A DNA stretch of 8,759 nt, taken from the IMG/VR virus record IMGVR_UViG_2690316243_000011; one strand, 5' to 3'. The stretch comes from a virus. Taxonomy: Duplodnaviria > Heunggongvirae > Uroviricota > Caudoviricetes. The translations under genes were made by a program, and so were the position numbers. A model generated the notes under the pieces. That model was not told the DNA's origin. It made no database searches and saw only the letters and a program-made list of their open reading frames with translations. Position 1 is the first letter of the stretch. The number at the start of each line of letters is the position of its first letter. Below are positions 1-5,677 of this stretch, piece by piece.

Positions 1-31
1 TGGTAGTGTCCGCTATTGCCAGTACACCTCA
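1..31. repeat. Left arm of a perfect 31-bp terminal inverted repeat (partner 8729-8759)
   Basis: tggtagtgtccgctattgccagtacacctca at 1-31 is the exact reverse complement of 8729-8759; identity ends at base 32 (g versus t). Checked base by base. Confidence 0.95.
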
Positions 32-579
32 GTGCCCTGGGTGAATGCCGAACCACCACGACAGCATGGTACCAGCAGGATCCCCGCATTATTAGGGATA
101 TACGGAAGCAGTTTTTTGGCAATATGTAAGCCCTGTCCGACACAGCCGTACTGCCCTTTGCTCAGGTCAGCCCGGGGATGGTTAATCGTACTCATATCCT
201 GAACATCATGCAGACAATGGTCAGCAGGAATGATGTCGTTAAATACGCATACTTCACCACCGGGAGTCACTGTGTTACGACGGGCCAGTTGCTTAATGCG
301 CGGATGGGGCGCATCGTATGAATCCGGAAGCGGAAGACCTTCACCGTAAGCCATGGCATTGGATTGCCCGGCCAGTACGATGACGTAGTACCACTCCGGC
401 TCAGTTGCACCACTGACGACCACATCACCTTCTGCTGCAATCGCCTGCATCAGGGTATAAGGGGTTATGGCCACCGGACTACCAAACGGCTGCCAGCCCT
501 CCTTCAGTTTTTGTGTCAGTCGTTTCGCAAGGTCTGACGGCGATGCCGCCCTGACCACGTCATAGTGTTTAAATGCCAT
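13..579 (-). CDS. NanS-p-like sialate O-acetylesterase, N-terminal 188 aa only; apparently truncated by a TAG stop at 13-15
   Basis: ATG at 579-577 preceded by GGGAGGA. The translation contains the esterase block-I motif VLAGQSNAMAYGEG (GQSN with the serine nucleophile), but the later catalytic blocks are absent because the frame ends ...TEVYWQ-TAG inside the terminal inverted repeat. Prophage NanS-p proteins are several hundred aa (from memory). Confidence 0.65.
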   Translation of the reverse strand: MAFKHYDVVRAASPSDLAKRLTQKLKEGWQPFGSPVAITPYTLMQAIAAEGDVVVSGATEPEWYYVIVLAGQSNAMAYGEGLPLPDSYDAPHPRIKQLARRNTVTPGGEVCVFNDIIPADHCLHDVQDMSTINHPRADLSKGQYGCVGQGLHIAKKLLPYIPNNAGILLVPCCRGGSAFTQGTEVYWQ

Positions 580-772
580 GAATCCTCCCGGCCGGGATAA
601 TATTGTGAGTAAAATAAGGAGCGGGCTGAAGTCCGGAAGTTACAGGACAATGGCAGAAGAGAGACGACAGCCCGCAATTCGAAAAAGACCGCGCAGTTGC
701 GCAGAGTGATTACTATGGGGTATTATTCGCCAGCTGAAATATTACTTCACGTTTTATTGTTTATTCCTTGCC

Positions 773-801
773 GCCCGCGTCTCCCAGCGCGGGCTTTTTT
801 T
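773..801 (+). terminator. Intrinsic terminator-like hairpin plus T7 tract on the plus strand
   Basis: gcccgcg (773-779) pairs with cgcgggc (788-794) as a 7-bp GC stem with an 8-nt loop, followed by ttttttt (795-801). On the minus strand the same hairpin is followed by ggcaagg, so it is not a minus-strand terminator. Confidence 0.5.
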
Positions 802-804
802 GCC

Positions 805-1105
805 CACAAGAAAACCCCTCCGGAGAGGGGCTAAAGCCGCGTATCTGTATCATCATGCACATGGTGCCGGGTGCCTCCCGGTGAGTTCAGCCCGGTGCCA
901 CTAAACCCGCGTCATTCTCGTTTTGATAATCAGAGATTATACCGTCACCAGTCGCCCCTCCGCTCAGGGGGATTCACCATGCGAAATTTTTTTAACAAAT
1001 GCCCAGTCTGACAGGCAACTGTCAACTTACTGAATTGTGAGCAACATAGCATTTAACGGGGAACCTGTTTTCTGCAGTAAAAAGGCCCACCGGAGCGGAT
1101 GGGCC
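805..1105 (-). repeat. Copy L of a diverged structured non-coding module (hairpin-rich, bounded by terminator-like hairpins)
   Basis: Aligns with 1293-1540 at roughly 65-70 percent identity (by eye). Shared blocks include cccctccggagaggg, tgccgggtgcctcccggtga, gcccctccgc-N-cagggggattcaccatgc, ttttaacaaa, caactgtcaac, ctgaattgtgag and aaaaaggccc. No conserved ORF. Confidence 0.6.
808..830 (-). terminator. Terminator-like hairpin at the 3' end of module L (minus strand)
   Basis: Minus-strand RNA reads cccctc-tccg-gagggg (6-bp GC stem, 4-nt loop) followed by UUUUCUUG. Confidence 0.5.
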
Positions 1106-1292
1106 TGGAAGGATAGCGGTCATGTGATGCCGGTTTCCCGGTAACTCAGCACCGGTATCTGAGTCAACGTTTTCTCTACTGGGTCATTTCCGATACGCCC
1201 TGCCTGCTGACAGGCTTTCATCACATCTGAAAATATAGCACCCTGACTGATACTGTAGTACCTAAGGTTCCAGAAACTGTGATGTATCCGGC

Positions 1293-1540
1293 ACAGAAAA
1301 GCCCCTCCGGAGAGGGCTGGAGAGTGGCGCTATGTGCCATTGCATGATGCCGGGTGCCTCCCGGTGAATTCAGTACCAGCACCTGAATCCGCGATTATCC
1401 CATATACCTACTCGCTGATTGCCCCTCCGCACAGGGGGATTCACCATGCCAGTTTCTTTTAACAAACTCCCCGCAAAACAGACAACTGTCAACCGTCTGA
1501 ATTGTGAGACATTTAAAAAAAAGGCCCGCAAAAGCGAGCC
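1293..1540 (-). repeat. Copy U of the same structured non-coding module, directly downstream of tRNA-Arg(UCU)
   Basis: Same conserved blocks and hairpins as 805-1105. Its 3' end has a weaker terminator-like hairpin (ccctc-cgga-gaggg, 1303-1316) followed on the minus strand by GCUUUUCUG. Confidence 0.6.
1514..1540 (-). terminator. Intrinsic terminator immediately downstream of the tRNA cluster
   Basis: Minus-strand RNA: ggcucgc-uuuu-gcgggcc (7-bp stem with one G-U pair) followed by UUUUUUUUU (plus-strand A-run 1514-1522); lies 15-40 nt past the tRNA 3' end. Confidence 0.65.
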
Positions 1541-1554
1541 AGGGAAAATAAGTG

Positions 1555-1631
1555 TGGCGCGTTGTACTGGATTCGAACCAGTGACCGATTGCTTAGAAGG
1601 CAATTGCTCTGTCCGGCTGAGCTAACAACGC
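1555..1631 (-). tRNA. argO: tRNA-Arg (anticodon UCU), copy A, 77 nt, CCA encoded
   Basis: Reverse complement folds as a cloverleaf: acceptor GCGTTGT/ACAACGC, D-stem GCTC/GAGC, anticodon stem ATTGC/GCAAT with loop CTTCTAA, T-stem ACTGG/CCAGT with loop TTCGAAT, discriminator G, CCA. Symbol assigned only by analogy with the ileZ-argN-argO cluster of Stx phages (from memory). Confidence 0.85.
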
Positions 1632-1641
1632 TGAATACCGA

Positions 1642-1662
1642 NNNNNNNNNNNNNNNNNNNNN
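1642..1662. other. Assembly gap (21 N)
   Basis: Run of n at 1642-1662; the flanking sequences on the two sides differ, so the true distance and linkage are unknown. Confidence 0.95.
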
Positions 1663-1706
1663 TTTCAGTATAAGGCTCTGCCGGAAGGAATCTGGAAGAA
1701 TGAATA

Positions 1707-1783
1707 TGGCGCGCTGTACTGGATTCGAACCAGTGACCGATTGCTTAGAAGGCAATTGCTCTGTCCGGCTGAGCTAACAACGC
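1707..1783 (-). tRNA. argO: tRNA-Arg (anticodon UCU), copy B, 77 nt, CCA encoded
   Basis: Identical to copy A except one base in the 3' acceptor strand (ACAGCGC versus ACAACGC), which gives a G-U pair. Its upstream flank differs from that of copy A. Confidence 0.85.
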
Positions 1784-1796
1784 ATGATGCAGATAA

Positions 1797-1873
1797 TGGA
1801 CCGCCATCGGGGACTTGAACCCCGCGCAGCCAGCTTCGAAGGCTGGCGCTCTTTCCTGATGAGCTAATGGCGG
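1797..1873 (-). tRNA. argN: tRNA-Arg (anticodon UCG), 77 nt, CCA encoded
   Basis: Cloverleaf: acceptor CCGCCAT/ATGGCGG, D-stem GCTC/GAGC, anticodon stem CCAGC/GCTGG with loop CTTCGAA, T-stem CGGGG/CCCCG with loop TTCAAGT, discriminator T, CCA. The 5' base is C, which is unusual but paired. Confidence 0.8.
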
Positions 1874-1880
1874 TATGTGA

Positions 1881-1956
1881 TGGTGGCCCTTGCTGGATTT
1901 GAACCAGCGACCTGGCGATTATGAGTCGCTCGCTCTCACCACTGAGCTAAAGGGCC
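1881..1956 (-). tRNA. ileZ: tRNA with CAU anticodon, Ile2 (lysidine)-type by similarity to E. coli ileX; a tRNA scanner would probably call it Met
   Basis: GGCCCTTTAGCTCAGTGGTGAGAGCGAGCGACTCATAATCGCCAGGTCGCTGGTTCAAATCCAGCAAGGGCCACCA: anticodon loop CTCATAA, T-loop TTCAAAT, CCA encoded. It resembles the tRNA-Ile2 sequence as I remember it. Confidence 0.85.
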
Positions 1957-1965
1957 GGGAGCCGC

Positions 1966-1994
1966 ATAATAACGACGCGTAATTAATTCTTCAA
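1966..1994 (-). promoter_or_regulatory. Candidate sigma70 promoter for the tRNA cluster
   Basis: Minus strand: TTGAAG (1994-1989), 17-bp spacer, TATTAT (1971-1966); the predicted start falls 1-3 nt before the mature 5' end of the first tRNA. The -35 sits just past the methyltransferase stop codon. Pattern match only. Confidence 0.4.
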
Positions 1995-1996
1995 TA

Positions 1997-3055
1997 TCAT
2001 CCGTTCTGGCTGACTAAATCCTGTACTTCCCGAACCGTCTGCTCAAAACGTTCAGTCTCCAGCTCAACGCCAATTGCACGACGCCCGAGCGCCAGTGCCG
2101 CTTTCACTGTCGAACCCAACCCCATGAAAAAATCTGCAATCAGGTCACCCGGACGACTGCTAGCGCTGATTATCTGCTGCAGCATTTCTGCCGGTTTTTC
2201 GCACGGATGTTTCCCGGGATAGAACTGCACCGGTTTATGCGTCCACACATCGGTATACGGCACCTGCACCGTCACGCCAAAATACCGCCGCAGATGTTTA
2301 TATTCACTCAGCAGCTCCGCATACTGCCGGTTCAGTGAGGTATACGTATCCACCAGCTGGTGGTGGAGCTTTTCCAGTTCACCACGCCGATGCTTCTCTT
2401 CTGCCACCCGGGCAAACAGCGCCTGTAATTTCAGATAATCGCTTTCATTCGGCAACTGCCACTGACCGGCACTGAACCAGTGCGACACCATGTTTTTCTT
2501 TCCTGTGGCATCTGCAATCTGTTTTGCCGTTATCCCCAGGGCAGCTCGCGCATCACGAAAGTAAGAAATCAGCGGGGCCATCACATGCTGTTTCAGTGCA
2601 CTGCCCTTCGCCGCATACCCGGCATCTTTCGGACGATACGGCCCCTGATAATGTTCCGCGAACAGAATGCGCTCTGTGGCGGGGAAATACGCCCGCAGGC
2701 TTTCCTTGTTGCATCCGTTCCAGCGTCCGGACGGCTTCGCCCAGATAATATGGTTCAGCACACTGAAGCGTTCACGCATCATGATTTCGATATCAGATGC
2801 CAGGCGATGACCACAGAACAGGTAAAGACTTCCGGCAGGTTTCAGCACCCGCCAGAACTGCGCCAGACACTGGTCCAGCCACTTCAGGTAATCATCGTCG
2901 CCCTTCCACTGGTTATCCCAGCCCTCAGGCTTCACTTTAAAGTACGGCGGGGCCGTGACTATCAGGTCAACAGAATTTTCGGGTAACGACCGGATAAATT
3001 CCAGGCAGTCGGCGTTGATTAACTCACAACTGGATATTTTTACAGTATTAAGCAT
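1997..3055 (-). CDS. DNA methyltransferase, beta-class N6-adenine/N4-cytosine family; orphan, no restriction endonuclease partner
   Basis: 352 aa. Motif IV-like DLIVTAPPYF near the N-terminus and motif I-like DFFMGLGST near the C-terminus, in the beta-class order. Motif IV reads APPY rather than the canonical D/N/S-PPY (confirmed on the DNA: acg gcc ccg ccg tac). Confidence 0.85.
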   Translation of the reverse strand: MLNTVKISSCELINADCLEFIRSLPENSVDLIVTAPPYFKVKPEGWDNQWKGDDDYLKWLDQCLAQFWRVLKPAGSLYLFCGHRLASDIEIMMRERFSVLNHIIWAKPSGRWNGCNKESLRAYFPATERILFAEHYQGPYRPKDAGYAAKGSALKQHVMAPLISYFRDARAALGITAKQIADATGKKNMVSHWFSAGQWQLPNESDYLKLQALFARVAEEKHRRGELEKLHHQLVDTYTSLNRQYAELLSEYKHLRRYFGVTVQVPYTDVWTHKPVQFYPGKHPCEKPAEMLQQIISASSRPGDLIADFFMGLGSTVKAALALGRRAIGVELETERFEQTVREVQDLVSQNG

Positions 3056-3147
3056 GGATCATTAAGCCTGTCTCTGATAGGCTCATTCTGCTTTTGCGCA
3101 AAGCAGTGGGCCTGAGGTTTGCTTGTGAACCCAACGCATGAGCAGAT

Positions 3148-3178
3148 GGCTGGTGGGTGCCCCTAACACCCACCAGCC
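3148..3178. other. Perfect 12-bp stem-loop between the small wHTH ORF and the methyltransferase start
   Basis: ggctggtgggtg (3148-3159), loop cccctaa, cacccaccagcc (3167-3178). No U-tract on either strand, so it is not a canonical intrinsic terminator. Confidence 0.7.
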
Positions 3179-3194
3179 GCCCATTTACCACAAA

Positions 3195-3219
3195 TAAAAA
3201 AGCCTTCACTGCGGAAGGC
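3195..3219 (-). terminator. Intrinsic terminator overlapping the stop of the 65-aa ORF
   Basis: Minus-strand RNA: gccuuc-cgcagu-gaaggc (6-bp stem) followed by UUUUUUAUUU (plus-strand A-run 3195-3201). Confidence 0.6.
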
Positions 3220-3403
3220 GTCTGTAACAACCGAACTGATAGTCTGCCAGACCCGCCATAACCAGCTGGGTCAGTATTAACTGGCAGCGTTCGCGTGAAA
3301 GGTAAGTATTCTGCGCTATCTCCCCGACTGTCGCCGGTTCGGTAACGCTTAATTCATTAAACACCACTCTGGCGGTTTCTGTCATATCCTGCTGTTTTAG
3401 CAT
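3206..3403 (-). CDS. Small hypothetical protein (65 aa) with a winged-helix/HTH-like segment; possible DNA-binding regulator
   Basis: ATG at 3403 with upstream AAGGAAAAG. The segment TVGEIAQNTYLSRERCQLILTQLVMAGLADY fits a helix-turn-helix pattern. It has its own terminator and lies just upstream of the methyltransferase. Confidence 0.5.
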   Translation of the reverse strand: MLKQQDMTETARVVFNELSVTEPATVGEIAQNTYLSRERCQLILTQLVMAGLADYQFGCYRRLPQ

Positions 3404-3521
3404 GTCTTTTCCTTTTCCGGTTAACGTGACACACCAATAACTCTTGTCGAAAAAGCCAGCAAGCTGAAAGACAGGTATTCACCGCCACCAGCGCGTTTAC
3501 TGTACTGACGCGATTTCAGTC

Positions 3522-3547
3522 ATAAAAAACCCGCTCGGCGGCGGGTT
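3522..3547 (-). terminator. Intrinsic terminator about 40-65 nt downstream of the Q stop codon
   Basis: Minus-strand RNA: aacccgc-cgccga-gcggguu followed by UUUUUUAUG. Confidence 0.6.
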
Positions 3548-3586
3548 GTAGAAACTCTTCTAACGTCAGGCATAAAACGCCCATCG

Positions 3587-4441
3587 TTATGACGAATTTA
3601 CCACAGATTCCGGAAAAATCAACCTAGTTACCTTTTTTAACTGCCGCTCAGCCCATGCTTCTTCAATATCAAACCGGGTCACCAGCGCATCATAAAATTT
3701 CTTAACTGTTTTTTCCCATGACGCGCGTGTTATCTGGTTTGTCACCTCGCATATAGCATTAAATGCCTCCGTTGATGGTAGTCTTTCATAGCCACGACCA
3801 CCACAACGCTGGCAGTCTCTGATAACAGGCATACCACGTTTTACCGACTCTTCACGATGAATGGCGACACCACGCCCACGGCAATCCTTACAGGCGGTGG
3901 AAACCTCACCCTTTCCGCCACACTCCGGACAGGCAACTTTTACCACCTCTCTGACTTTTTTCCATTCTTCCCAGTAAGACGGATACACACCTTTCGTACA
4001 CTTTGCCCATACCGGCGGCTTACCATCCGGATACTGGATCTTGTTTGTAAAAACCTCGCTTTCAATAAATTTTTTTCCGTGACAGCAGGGGCACTGTTTT
4101 TTGCTCGCCGCGCTACGGGCATAATCTTCAAACGCATACGAAGCCATAATACGCATCACTGCCGGTTTTATTTCTGCCGGGAGTTTTCTTAACGCCGCCA
4201 CGCGATCACACCGACTGAGTGCATATTCTGTCAGCAATTCTGTTGCCCGCTCTCTGTCATTCATACTAATGCCCATTTTCCCAAGGAACGCAGAAACCCC
4301 CATCTCAGCCCGATTCTGTGTCATGCCCTGCGCGGCCATCACATCAGTGATACTCAGCGCATCTTTCGACGTTGAGGCCGATGCATCAGTCAGGCCGGGG
4401 GATTTTGGGGAGTAGTATTTCGGTAAATCTTCCAGTTTCAT
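3587..4441 (-). CDS. Q: Late-gene antiterminator Q, Q82/QuuQ-type, with CxxCxGxG zinc-finger repeats; complete copy
   Basis: 284 aa. Motifs CPCC, CPECGGKG, CKDCRGRG and CQRCGGRGYERLPS, with a C-terminal segment WEKTVKKFYDAL resembling phage 82 Q / QuuQ as I recall them. Its ATG overlaps the stop of the upstream rusA fragment (ATGA). Position downstream of rusA is as expected for Q. Confidence 0.7.
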   Translation of the reverse strand: MKLEDLPKYYSPKSPGLTDASASTSKDALSITDVMAAQGMTQNRAEMGVSAFLGKMGISMNDRERATELLTEYALSRCDRVAALRKLPAEIKPAVMRIMASYAFEDYARSAASKKQCPCCHGKKFIESEVFTNKIQYPDGKPPVWAKCTKGVYPSYWEEWKKVREVVKVACPECGGKGEVSTACKDCRGRGVAIHREESVKRGMPVIRDCQRCGGRGYERLPSTEAFNAICEVTNQITRASWEKTVKKFYDALVTRFDIEEAWAERQLKKVTRLIFPESVVNSS

Positions 4442-4551
4442 TTTTTGACCTGCCCTTCAAGCATTATGGGATAAATCTTCACCCCCAGACGTCCACCAGA
4501 TACTGGCTGAGCACGAACGATATTGATTTCATCAAACTGCTCATCGTCCAT
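4438..4551 (-). pseudogene. Duplicated 3' fragment of rusA (37 codons)
   Basis: Translates MDDEQFDEINIVRAQPVSGGRLGVKIYPIMLEGQVKK, matching the C-terminus of the full RusA ORF with a few substitutions. It begins at the duplication junction and ends in an ATGA overlap with Q copy 1. Confidence 0.6.
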
Positions 4552-5300
4552 TANAATTTCTTAACTGTTTTTTCCCATGACGCGCGTGTTATCTGGTTTG
4601 TCACCTCGCATATAGCATTAAATGCCTCCGTTGATGGTAGTCTTTCATAGCCACGACCACCACAACGCTGGCAGTCTCTGATAACAGGCATACCACGTTT
4701 TACCGACTCTTCACGATGAATGGCGACACCACGCCCACGGCAATCCTTACAGGCGGTGGAAACCTCACCCTTTCCGCCACACTCCGGACAGGCAACTTTT
4801 ACCACCTCTCTGACTTTTTTCCATTCTTCCCAGTAAGACGGATACACACCTTTCGTACACTTTGCCCATACCGGCGGCTTACCATCCGGATACTGGACCT
4901 TGTTTGTAAAAACTACGCTTTCAATAAATTTTTCCCCATAGCAACAAGGGCACTGCTTTTTACTCGCTGCGCTGCGGGCATAATCCTCAAAAGCGTACGA
5001 AGCCATAATGCGCATCACTACCGGTTTTATTTCTGCCGGAAGTTTTCTCAACGCCGCCACACGATCGCACCGACTGAGTGCATAATCTGCCAGTAATTCT
5101 GTTGCCCGCGCCCTGTCATTCATACTGATGCCCATTTTCCCCAGGAACGCAGAAAACCCCATCTCAGCCCGATTCTGTGTCATGCCCTGCGCGGCCATCA
5201 CATCAGTGATACTCAGCGCATCTTTCGACGTTGAGGCCGATGCATCAGTCAGGCCGGGGGATTTTGGGGAGTAGTATTTCGGTAAATCTTCCAGTTTCAT
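4551..5300 (-). CDS. Q: Second copy of antiterminator Q, C-terminally truncated at the duplication junction (249 aa, last codon contains the N)
   Basis: ATG at 5300 overlaps the RusA stop (ATGA). The protein is co-linear with Q copy 1 up to ...WEKTVKK, then a TTN codon and TAA. It lacks the last ~35 residues of copy 1. Confidence 0.5.
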   Translation of the reverse strand: MKLEDLPKYYSPKSPGLTDASASTSKDALSITDVMAAQGMTQNRAEMGFSAFLGKMGISMNDRARATELLADYALSRCDRVAALRKLPAEIKPVVMRIMASYAFEDYARSAASKKQCPCCYGEKFIESVVFTNKVQYPDGKPPVWAKCTKGVYPSYWEEWKKVREVVKVACPECGGKGEVSTACKDCRGRGVAIHREESVKRGMPVIRDCQRCGGRGYERLPSTEAFNAICEVTNQITRASWEKTVKKX

Positions 5301-5677
5301 TTTTTGACCTGCTCTTCATGCATTATGGGGTAAATCTTCACCCCCAGACGTCCACCAGATACTGGCTGACCACGAACGATATTGATTTCATCAAACTGCT
5401 CATCGTCCATTAGCAACCCCGCATGCGTCAGCGCATCCAGCGGCGCTTTCAGAATATTGTCCAGGTCACGACGGCGCTTATCCGGTGGCTCTGCAATAAT
5501 CTTTATCGCCAGTCTTCCGGACAGGCTTAATTTCAGCCGCTGCTGGCGAACAATAAGCGCCACTGCCCGGCGATAACGCTCCCCGGCTTTTGATACAAAA
5601 TATGTGCTGCCACGACGACGCCAGTAAGTGTTCACCGTCGGCGGGTAAGGTAAAACAAATTCTATGCGCTCGGTCAT
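5297..5677 (-). CDS. rusA: RusA-family Holliday-junction resolvase (endodeoxyribonuclease RusA)
   Basis: 126 aa with PDKRRRDLDNILKAPLDALTHAGLLMDDEQ, matching the conserved DRRRRDLDN acidic motif region of RusA. Its start follows the upstream stop directly (TAAATG) and its stop overlaps the Q start. Confidence 0.8.
   Translation of the reverse strand: MTERIEFVLPYPPTVNTYWRRRGSTYFVSKAGERYRRAVALIVRQQRLKLSLSGRLAIKIIAEPPDKRRRDLDNILKAPLDALTHAGLLMDDEQFDEINIVRGQPVSGGRLGVKIYPIMHEEQVKK

Larger units (their letters stand above)
3696..5412. repeat. Tandem direct duplication, two 858-bp units (3696-4553 and 4555-5412) separated by a single N at 4554
   Basis: Constant 859-bp offset between copies (for example cat-tttttgacc at 4439-4450 and at 5298-5309). 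Each unit is the 3' ~110 bp of rusA plus the 5' ~750 bp of Q. The copies are diverged, not identical: 9 amino-acid differences over 249 aligned Q residues. Confidence 0.85.

Noticed and set aside
580-1553. Shiga toxin genes (stxA/stxB) expected between the tRNA cluster and the nanS-p-like gene
   Set aside because: No ORF of suitable size on either strand; the interval is non-coding with structured repeats. This prophage region is stx-negative.
1370-1777. Track ORFs 1370-1603, 1419-1625, 1513-1755 and 1562-1777
   Set aside because: They overlap the tRNA genes, the terminator and the N gap (two contain X residues) and have no independent support.
2480-2986. Plus-strand ORFs 2480-2986 and 2524-2748
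   Set aside because: Antisense shadow ORFs inside the well-supported methyltransferase gene.
3048-3230. Minus-strand ORF 3048-3230 (60 aa)
   Set aside because: Spans the 12-bp hairpin and the terminator, overlaps both neighbouring genes and has no RBS.
1997-3403. Restriction-modification system
   Set aside because: No candidate restriction endonuclease ORF is adjacent to the methyltransferase; the only neighbour is a 65-aa HTH-like ORF.
3857-5413. Plus-strand ORFs 3857-4192, 4372-4650, 4716-5096, 5231-5413 and minus-strand ORF 3940-4137
   Set aside because: Antisense or out-of-frame ORFs inside the Q copies; they recur only because the underlying DNA is duplicated.
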